DNA of 64,000 nt. Origin: Massalongia carnosa. Its lineage: Eukaryota. Shown here in pieces: positions 51,536 through 61,516 of the stretch; within the stretch, counting starts at the first letter, position 1, and every line of letters starts with the position of its first letter. The notes beneath the pieces were generated by a model, which saw only the letters and a program-made list of their open reading frames with translations, did not search any database and was not told the DNA's origin. Where the stretch lies: NCBI GenBank assembly GCA_965645245.1, contig OZ287071.1, forward strand, positions 2,604,001-2,668,000, given 5' to 3'. Both the position numbers and the translations under genes were made by a program.

Positions 51536-51840
51536 CTAGTTGGTTTTTGCGGCTGTTCGAATACTCGCTTAGCCTCATTGGTTCTAGCTCAGCCCTGCAA
51601 GCAGTCACCATAGTAATTTCAACGTTATGCCATCCATCAACTGTTCATGTCACACGATCGGGCAGTGCCGCTAAGGGAACATCTCAAGTCCTAGTCGGTG
51701 AATTGCAATTTCACCTTGCGCGGCGGGGATGAATCTCTTACATACAACTTAATCGCCCGGACGGGTTGGTGTAAGTGGTAGGTAGAGTAACCTTGTTACT
51801 ACGATTTACTGAGCTTCAGCCCCATCTGGCTAAGTATTTT
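51536..51840 (+). rRNA. Degenerate 3'-terminal fragment of 25S/28S rRNA (orphan pseudogene)
   Basis: Collinear matches to the fungal LSU 3' end: TTGGTTTTTGCGGCTGT, CGGGCAGTGCCGC, GAATTGCAATTTCACC..GCGGGGATGAATC, GTGTAAGT, GTAGAGTAACCTTGTTACTACGATTTACTGAG. Has an internal deletion and a 97-bp insertion. Confidence 0.8.
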
Positions 51841-53745
51841 TAGGGCGAGAGTGCTCTCTATCCCCACCGCGCGAACGCGTCCACAGGCGCTCGGAGGGGA
51901 AGGGAGCTCGAGAGTCTAGGACCGCCTGGATTCACCCCCCCGGGACATCATCGCCCCCGCCCTCGCCCCCGCCCCCCCGGGGTCATCCGAACCTGTCTTC
52001 ACCGGGAGCTCCCGAAGCCGATTCCTCAATACTCCATTCCCTTTGGGGGGCGCGGGGGGGCCGTACCCAGCGAGGGTAACCTCGTAGAACGGCTCTCGCA
52101 TCGGGAGACTTCCTCGTCCTCCATTCCGACCGTTGCGCCTTCCGACTCCGTCGAAAATGACCTTTTATAAGGGAACCCGCACCCAGCGGGGGCAGCCCAT
52201 GACCCTGATCCCCCCCGAGTTCGCCAGAAAAGTCCTATAATGAGAGGGAGCTGTACCCAGGGGGGTCAACCCCATAGAACAGCACCTTATTAGGGGACTT
52301 CATCGCCTCCGCCCCCTTGCGCCTCTCTCTCGCTCTCACCCCCATTGCTCGTTTCCTCTCAATTCGTAGTCCCCTCCCCATTCAGTCAACGCCCCCGCTC
52401 AAACGCCCCCACCGTATATACAAACGCATACGTAACGCATCAGCTACCCTCGAGAACGTCTCCCTGGACTTGTGCCGGAGAGTTTCGGGCGATTGAACTC
52501 GACCCTGTGAAGGCCGGCTATAATGATACCACCAACCCTATGAGGAGATGGTGGAGACACACGCTAGATTTTAACAGTGGATTTGCACCAGGAGGGAGTG
52601 GAGAACCGGGGCTGATTGGCCTGAGTAAGCTTCTTCGGGAGCACACTTAGGCTGATGGGACCGCTCGGGGACGACTCTCTTTTAGGAAGGCTGGGTGGTC
52701 TAACCCAGCTACGGATTACCATTTTTCACTCTTGCTAATAACAATATAGGTACCCGCGCCTCATTGATCGCGGAGGCGTAGCTAAAAGACTTTTCCTGCC
52801 TACGAGTATGATGGGCCCGGCACGATGGCCTCTCCGTGGCTAGTCTCTGGGGGGACCTCCTCCCGAAAGGGACGGGTGCTCAATTAGGGAGTCTGGGCGC
52901 CCATAGGGCGCCCAGATGCTGGTATAAAGAGGAACGCCGAATAGCGGTAGGAATTTGGTATTAAACTTAAAAATTTGGGGGTTTTTTTTGAAAATTTCTT
53001 GATTTGATTTTTGCGGTCGACCGCCGGGTAACTAACATGATAACTCCCTGGCGCTGATCATGCTTGATGATCGATGGCAAGTCCGACTGCCGGGTAATCA
53101 CTGCCAGGTAATTCTGGCCATAACCACTGATAGAGGGATCTCTTCGAGCGCAAAGCGCAAGCCAAAGCATATTCCGGCACATTCTTGGTGGCCTCCCTGT
53201 TATATCGGAAGCCCCCCCGATGCGTCCCTATCACCTATAGTTGCGCGTTCGGAGGTGGGTTTCGCGTCTCATAATTATGACCGCTTTCTTCAGAGTGAGT
53301 GCCCAAGACAGTGGATACTTTGAGGACTAGTTGACCCAGACCTGAAAAGCGTGTCGATGTTGGAGGTCACTGGCGCCCGAAGGCCCAAGAGTGTTACCCA
53401 TAGGTTCAAAGTGAGTGTGTATGATTGACTGAAAGCTATCACAATCAACAAGATATTTGGGGGTCAACTGAAGTCTATAGCCATGGTGGAGTGTGATAGA
53501 TCACTAGCACCCTCCTCTTGAGAGCTGTATGTTGCAGGCCGAATGTCGCCCTTTTAAGCGCTTGTGTTGCCTATAGCAGATCATTCTCGAGGAACTCAGT
53601 TGTGGCAATTGAGCGGGTCTCAGGACCGTAGCTTTGTGGACTTTTCGCGGTTCGTCTCACCCAATTCATAATCTCGGGGGATCTTTCGGGGGAGTGTAGC
53701 AACGTAGACAGGCACCTAGCTTTAAAAATACTCTTACAAGATGAC
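51841..53745 (+). other. Probable rDNA intergenic spacer plus 5' ETS, continuing from the 28S fragment
   Basis: Directly follows the LSU end. GC-rich non-coding, many tetraloop hairpins, T-rich tract ending TTTTTGCGGTCGACC (Pol I promoter-like), and AGACCTGAAA...GGAGGT and TCAAAG.GAGTG blocks reminiscent of ascomycete 5' ETS. No 18S follows. Confidence 0.6.
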
Positions 53746-54889
53746 TGCGTTCCACTAGATGCGTGATTTCGGTGGTGTCTGTCAATTTCTCTTCATCCCG
53801 TGTGATCATTATTCACTCTCTGATTGATATACTGATTCGGTGAAACATTATGTGAAACATTCGTACAGACTTTCATTTATTGACGATGTATTCGTTTTAT
53901 ACGAGTAATAACTAACTGATGTAAATAGAGAAGAACTTTCCTCCCCCTTCCGATAAGCCTTCTCGACACCCATATCTCTATACCTAGCTATCCGTACTAA
54001 CTAACTACATTGCATAACCATCATACTGTAATAAACTTGTTGTCTCTACAGTCACGTCACCGGGCCTCATTTCCCCCCCTCCGGAAACCCCGCCATCGTG
54101 GCTAGATGTTGAGCTCCGAGCTCTCGCCTCTTTGAAAAGCGACGGGATGTCGTGACAGTTTGGTTTGGAAAGGATTGGGGATCTGCGTTTTGGGAGAGAT
54201 CGGGAGAGGCTGTTACATATATTTGGCGCAAGACGGGGACAGAACGACTTTAAATATCTCGGATTGATGGAGGGCTTGTGTGTGATCGGCGCGGGGGACA
54301 CAGCGGGATAGTAACTAGGCGGGGGAGTGTGGTAGAGAGTCAGAGCGCGTACAGATAGATAACCTTTCTATTTGCTTTTTGCTTCTCATCTCGTTGGATG
54401 TCGATTCTTCGGGGCATCAGCAGGAGCTTGATGATCACTCGTTCAATCTGAGACTTTATCGCTTAGATAGAGGGGAAACTGCTTATCGCTGGGGTGTGGT
54501 TCGCTACATCCTAGCCACAGATATAGATAGGGCGAGGCGTGGAGAGGCCTAGGGCGAGAGGCATGTTGCGTCACCAGGCCTTGGGTAAGGGGAGCAGGCA
54601 GGCTAAGCGTTGGTTTTCTGGAAACAATAGATAATGATGACTAGATGACAATTAGATGAAAGGTCGTACATCAGTAGTGACAGATAGATAAAAGATTTTT
54701 TGATGTTGAAACCAAAACCAATGTATAGACGATAGGGGAAATAGTACCATATATAGTTCTCTTCTCATGTTCCAGTATTAACTTCCACCCTGGCTGAATC
54801 ACTTTAATGTATAGATACTCATGACAAGAAACCAGTTTTAAATGAAACGCCCAAACACCGCAGTCGTCTCGATCAGCTTCTCTGTATCG

Positions 54890-57800
54890 TCAATGTACTT
54901 TTCGTCGCACAGTTCGAATTAGTCGAGTTAATCGATTGTTTTCTGCGGTATACTTTGAGGCATGATTCGTGTCAGATGCATCAGTGAATCTATTTAACTG
55001 TTTAGAGTCGCAGCTTTTCAGTTGATTTAGGGCCTCAGCTGTCTCCCAGTGTTTGGATCCTAGTGTACTTGTATAACCTTGTACGACAAGCTTGAAGTGA
55101 TGTGTCGCATCCTCAAACATAGATCTTTTCTTGTACAAAAATCCTAAATTATATCTTGTACCTAAGGATCGTTTATGCTCAGAACCCCAGGCCTTATCAT
55201 AGCCTGTCAGTGCCCGCAGATACATTTCTTCGGCTTCTTTCATCTTGCCTTGATCGGAGTACAGAATTCCTAAATTGTTGACGGTGTCGAGCGTCGACGT
55301 GTGCTCGACGCCCCAGGCCTTTTCCTTGCCTGTCAGTGCCCGCAGATACATTTCTTCGGCTTCTTTCATCTTGCCTTGATCGGAGTACAGAATTCCTAAA
55401 TTGTTGACGGTGTCGAGCGTCGACGTGTGCTCGACGCCCCAGGCCTTTTCCTTGCCTGTCAGTGCCCGCAGATACATTTCTTCGGCTTCTTTCATCTTGC
55501 CTTGATCCTTGTACAGAATTCCTAAATTGTTGACGGTGTCGAGCGTCGACGTGTGCTCGACGCCCCAGGCCTTTTCCTTGCCTGTCAGTGCCCGCAGATA
55601 CATTTCTTCGGCTTCTTTCATCTTGCCTTGATTCTTGTACAGATTTCCTAAATTGTTGACGGTGTTGAGCGTCGACGTGTGCTCGACGCCCCAGGCCTTT
55701 TCGTAGCCTGTCAGTGCCCGCAGATACATTTCTTCGGCTTCTTTCATCTTGCCTTGATCCTTGTACAGAATTCCTAAATTGTTGACGGTGTCGAGCGTCG
55801 ACGTGTGCTCGACGCCCCAGGCCTTTTCCTTGCCTGTCAGTGCCCGCAGATACATTTCTTCGGCTTCTTTCATCTTGCCTTGATCCTTGTACAGAATTCC
55901 TAAATTGTTGACGGTGTCGAGCGTCGACGTGTGCTCGACGCCCCAGGCCTTTTCGTAGCCTGTCAGTGCCCGCAGATACATTTCTTCGGCTTCTTTCATT
56001 TTGCCTTGATTCCTGTACAGAACTCCTAAATTGTTGACGGTGTTGAGCGTCGACGTGTGCTCGATGCCCCAGGCCTTTTCGTAGCCTGTCAGTGCCCGCA
56101 GATACATTTCTTCGGCTTCTTTCATTTTGCCTTGATTCCTGTACAGAATTCCTAAATTGTTGACGGTGTTGAGCGTCGACGTGTGCTCGACGCCCCAGGC
56201 CTTTTCGTAGCCTGTCAGTGCCCGCAGATACATTTCTTCGGCTTCTTTCATCTTGCCTTGATTGGAGTACATAAGTCCTAAATTGTTGACGGTGTCGAGC
56301 GTCGACGTGTGCTCGACGCCCCAGGCCTTTTCCTTGCCTGTCAGTGCCCGCAGATACATTTCTTCGGCTTCTTTCATCTTGCCTTGATCGAAGTACATAA
56401 GTCCTAAATTGTTGACGGTGTCGAGCGTCGACGTGTGCTCGACGCCCCAGGCCTTTTCCTTGCCTGTCAGTGCCCGCAGATACATTTCTTCGGCTTCTTT
56501 CATCTTGCCTTGATCGAAGTACATAAGTCCTAAATTGTTGACGGTGTCGAGCGTCGACGTGTGCTCGACGCCCCAGGCCTTTTCCTTGCCTGTCAGTGCC
56601 CGCAGATACATTTCTTCGGCTTCTTTCATTTTGCCTTGATTCCTGTACAGAATTCCTAAATTGTTGACGGTGTTGAGCGTCGACGTGTGCTCGACGCCCC
56701 AGGCCTTTTCCTTGCCTGTCAGTGCCCGCAGATACATTTCTTCGGCTTCTTTCATCTTGCCTTGATTCTTGTACAGATTTCCTAAATTGTTGACGGTGTC
56801 GAGCGTCGACGTGTGCTCGACGCCCCAGGCCTTTTCGTAGCCTGTCAGTGCCCGCAGATACATTTCTTCGGCTTCTTTCATCTTGCCTTGATTGAAGTAC
56901 AGAATTCCTAAATTGTTGACGGTGTTGAGCGTCGACGTGTGCTCGACGCCCCAGGCCTTTTCCTTGCCTGTCAGTGCCCGCAGATACATTTCTTCGGCTT
57001 CTTTCATCTTGCCTTGATCGGAGTACAGACGACCTAATTCATGACATGCGTCGCTAAGAGGTAAAGGATATATCTCGTTAACAAAGCTTTCTTGTATGCG
57101 ATGCTTCAGTAATGGGAAAACACGATCGCAATGTGGCAGAAGACGTCGCGATGTGAAGGAATAATTAGGCAAAGTCTCTAACGGCACAGCGGATGCGACA
57201 ATAATCATGGCAAGCCAGCTCATATCAGTCTTCTCTTTTTCAAATGCGTGAAGTGACCATTGATGAAGCACAGGATGCATAAAGAAGGAAGATGATTCAG
57301 TTTTTGCATCGATGAAGGAATATTCCAAAAGTAATCGTATGCATTCTTTAAATTCAAGTTCATCGCCTGCACATCTGATATACCAATCAGGCATCTCGTT
57401 GACAATATCAAGATCTAGCGCAGATACAAAGAGCTCATACCAGAGATCTTGGTTGTCAAGAAACGCCCACAGCATTAAAATGTTCGCTGCGTCCTTACTT
57501 TGCGCCTGAAGATGGTTGAAAGATAACATCCATGTTGTCAAAATACTGCAATCTGCACCTGCTTGAATTGTGAGGCTTTGCTGCTTTTTCATCAATTTTT
57601 CCCATGTGTGATTATATGACTTAATGTACTCAAACACGTTTGTGCCAGTTTTTCGCATGTATGAGCCGGCTTGATTAATCGCTAGAGGGAGGCCTTGAAG
57701 TAGATTTACAATCTCGAATAATCCTAATAAGTCTCAGATTTCAGATAATGCCTGAGCAAGTATGCTTCTTATTGCACTGACCTTGCATAGATTGCCCAAG

Positions 57801-59653
57801 ACAATTCTCGAGAATACTTTCTCCTTGCAATTGATTGACCGGTTTCACTTTCATATCCGTACCCAAATGCAATAAACTGGCTAGTCGAGAGGTGATAAGG
57901 ATAGATCCTTGATCTGCCGTTGGGAAAAAGTCTTGAACATTGAAGGCTTCCGGATCTTCAATTGATCCGAAAAACTCTCGATCCACGTTGTCAAAAATTA
58001 GCAGCCACTGATCATTTGATGACTGTGATAACCAATTGAGCACATCCTTAACGATTTCATCCACATCCGTGTTCGTCTTCGTGCTTTTCTCTTGTGAATA
58101 ATTTCTGCTGTTTTCAGATATCTGATGCTGTGGTAGTCGACCGGCAAGGTCAGCAATGCTTCGCTTCAGTCTCTCCTTTGTCGAGCCGTCGACCCAAAAG
58201 ACTGCGGTGTAGTTCTTGTGATGTTGTCGAGCGAATTCAACGGAGAGCTGAGTCTTTCCAATCCCGCCAAGTCCGTGAAGAATGAATACTTTGCGACGCA
58301 TTGAATCTATGGTAGTGGGAAGTAAAATCCGAGTCAATCGAGTCATCTCTGCGTCTCGAGCTACAAAATGGTTCATCACAGGAATGCCCTGAAGACTGAA
58401 TTCAACATGAAACGGTTTTTTTTCGCTGATTTCAACACGTGCTGATAAAAAGTCAGAGAAGCCTTGAAAAACGTGAAGTCTAAAGTAAGAAAGATGAATC
58501 CTACAGTGATACTGTTCCTCGACTCTTTGAGACGCATTCTGAATCATTCTCAGAACCTCTGGCTTTATCAAGAGAAAATTTTCATCTTCAGGGTCATTGA
58601 ATTTGTTCAACCCCGAGTGATCCGTAGTGAGGTATATGGTCCTTTTGCTAAGCAAAGAAGCTGACTGATAATCAACGAACTATGAGTCATAAGCTTTCAT
58701 CCCAGTTGAGCATGAAGACAGAGATTATGAGACCTGAGTTTGCCAAGGTCCATATGAACCTTTCTTGTCTTCATAAAAGCAAACGATATCAACATTGACG
58801 TAACTTGTTTCGAAGTCTCGCGCTACATCATGAAGAGTAGGGCTGTTTTTTTTCAAAGACTCCAATAACGTCTTATCATGTCCTACTGCTTGAGCAAGCC
58901 ATGTACCATATACTGCAGCGTCACTTCCTTGATGTGGCGTTCCAAGAAAGATGATCCCAGTCGTGGACAGTTTGATGTCTCTAAAATCTTTACCATGATT
59001 GGCTAATACTAGAGCCTATGAAGAGGACCTTAGTAATTAAAAAATTTAGTGTCAAGCTAGACCGACCTGTTTAATAACTAAACCTCCAAGGCTATGCCCA
59101 ATAAAAATCAAGGGTCGACGACGTTGCTATATAGACTATTAGGAAGGACAAATGAGGAATTCCCGCGATCGCTTTACTAACTGTTTCACTTGACCGATTC
59201 TGATAAAGAACATTAAGAAACTGCTCCCCACATTTGCGGAGACTTGTTTTGATGTCTGCTCTTCGCCAGTCTGACTCGTAACTGTATGTCGCAATTCGAG
59301 CATTTGAAGCGAAGTTCGGCAGCAAGTCTCGAAGCCACATGACTTCAGCAGTGTCGGATGTCGTTTGAGCGGCATCGGGATGTTTGTCAGTCTGAGCACG
59401 GCTATTTAAGAACTTGAATCGATGAGCTTTTCTAGACTTCGGTTGCTTCGCAGAATTTGGCCTCGAGACCCATGTGTAATATGGATCAGCACCGAGACCT
59501 TGAACTGCAATAACGCTTAAACGCTTGTCAGTGATGCTGCGACTCCATGAAGAATCGTTTGTCTTACTCTACTTCGGGTCCGTTACAGTCTTGCTCGCCA
59601 CTGACCCAAATATTAAGACCTGAGGCCTTTACTGTGTCTCTGCTGCACATCAT
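54890..59653 (-). CDS. Fungal NLR: alpha/beta-hydrolase (SesB-like), NB-ARC and TPR domains; apparently intact
   Basis: VIAVQGLG, WLRDLLP, FIGHSLGGLVIKQ, GIIFLGTPHQGS, DHSGLNKF; P-loop HGLGGIGKTQL, WLLIFDNVD, ILITSR, GLPLAI; TPR array. The N-terminal exons I spliced by hand stay in frame. Confidence 0.92.
55150..57040 (-). repeat. 15 near-identical 126-bp (42-aa) TPR coding repeats
   Basis: Unit LGxxYxxQGKMKEAEEMYLRALTG[K/Y]EKAWGVEHTSTL[D/N]TVNN. Confidence 0.97.
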
Positions 59654-60914
59654 TATAGCGACCTAAAATATCAAAAGATCAAATTTGTTTTAGGTAGCTA
59701 CCTCTATTTGTATATCCGTGCCCTCGTATCGCTCTGCACCAGCGCACGAATCAACAGCCGCATCCCCCCAAAGTGGCTAAGCGCACTTGGGATAACTATA
59801 TTTATGTTAAATTATCCTCCAACCCCTTTGCGGGTGTAGCGCAGCCCTGCGAGCCTTGGCGCGCCAGGCAGTATATAATAGCCATGTAGACAGATCTCAA
59901 TAGAACACACCTTCATGCAGTCTTCTCTCCTCCCTACCTGATATACCATTTAACTATTTTAACAATTCTTTTCACGTTTCATGCTTGTCTATACCAACTA
60001 AGCTTCCTGGCCACCGGTCCTCACCACGGAGACACCGAAGGCCTCATCAGACTGAATTAATGACCGTTTCTTTTTCATCAAATAAGGCTATTTTATGCGT
60101 CTGACACGTCGTAGACGAAATGGAGAAGGACTCGGAGGGCTGCCGTACGCACGGTCACCGCGCTCACTACGCATTACGCCTCTGAGGGTTCAAGCTCCCC
60201 CGGTGTAGTCATCAGCTGGTGGTACGCGAACGCGATCATAACCGGGCACGGTAGATATGAGTTCTTATGGAAGATGATCTATCTATAGAGGTGGCTACGA
60301 ATCTTTTATGTGGGTGGCCTTTTTGGCTAGCTTGACACTGAACAGAGTGATGACTCGGTTAATGGTAACTAGCCTGCCTTGTAGGGCTGGGGTTACAATA
60401 GCCCAACAAGTCTTTCAATTTTGGAGGTTCATATCTTTTCACGCAGCCATTGCTTGATGTACAAAACGAACTCGTACATACATCGGTGCTCATCCGGGCA
60501 AACTCTGGCCACGGGACGGCCATGCGACGAGACATACACAGTAGGCGACCTCACAGTTTCGATATCATGAGGATACCATTAACCGTATTATTCTATAGAC
60601 TGCAAAGGGCGATATGAAGGGGAGAAGGGCTATTAGGTACTGTACCAAATTCTGGTGTGTGGTCCAATTCTGTCTCTTATTTTTTTTCACCGCGCAGTTT
60701 CGGGGTTCAAAGTTCGGCACACCATTTTGCAAACGGGTGTATGTACATACATAGTAAGCTCCGGACGTGCACGCGCAAATGCAGCATCAGGGCTTTCATG
60801 TAGCTTTCTGAATTTGGTTCTCGGTTTCTTCGCTTCTGACTCGTCTTTCAGGTTTCTACAGAGGGAGTTCCGTCTCCTTAATCGCCTTCTGGTGAGTTTT
60901 TCGGTTTTACATCT

Positions 60915-60937
60915 GTGTGTGTGTGTGTGTGTGTGTG
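60915..60937. repeat. (TG)n microsatellite
   Basis: Directly visible. Confidence 0.9.
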
Positions 60938-61516
60938 GTAATTCGCGGGCTCTATCGTGTCAGCTGAACATATACATAATTTCTATCTATGTTGGGTCAA
61001 CTCTCCCCTCGCTGCTGCCCTGCTGGCGCTCAGTTTTGCTGATGGCCCCTCCTATAATGGCTTTGTTTTGGCAGCAGTGAGGGAAAAACTCCATCTACCT
61101 ATGCGGCTGATTCAGGGAGTGGGTGGGTGGGCAAAAGACCTTTTGGTGCTGAACTCCGAATCAATGGTGATGATGAGGAGAAGAGTGCCAAAAGGCCACC
61201 TATTTATGACCCTTTCTCTCCCTTGCTTGTCCAACTATTTTGGGCATCATCCTCCTTCGAACTTTGGCCTCCGTCGGCTATCTACAGCCTAACTCCACTC
61301 GGTCCCGGCATTACCTTTCGCCCTAGCCGAATTACTTTTATGTGTGCCTATATCCTACATAAAAGCCGAGATCACGGCTCTTGAAAACTTGCACTATCTT
61401 CAATAAAACTAACAACGCCTTTGAGGTATCTACTAAACTCCATGAATACACTTGAATACCAAAATGATTCAGACAAACAACCGCAGCAGCAAACGCACTC
61501 ACTCTCAAACCAACCC

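Noticed and set aside
51841..53745. Telomerase RNA, group I intron or self-cleaving ribozyme cluster
   Set aside because: No TAACCCTAA template, no P/Q/R/S elements and no hammerhead/HDV/twister core found by eye. The adjacent 28S end makes an rDNA spacer the simpler reading.
53980..54620. Possible LTR or element end (CGTCACC.GGCCT occurs twice)
   Set aside because: The repeat is too short, and no TG..CA ends, target duplication or coding domain were found.
55150..57040. CRISPR-like array
   Set aside because: Repeats are contiguous 126-bp in-frame coding units with no spacers, in a eukaryote.
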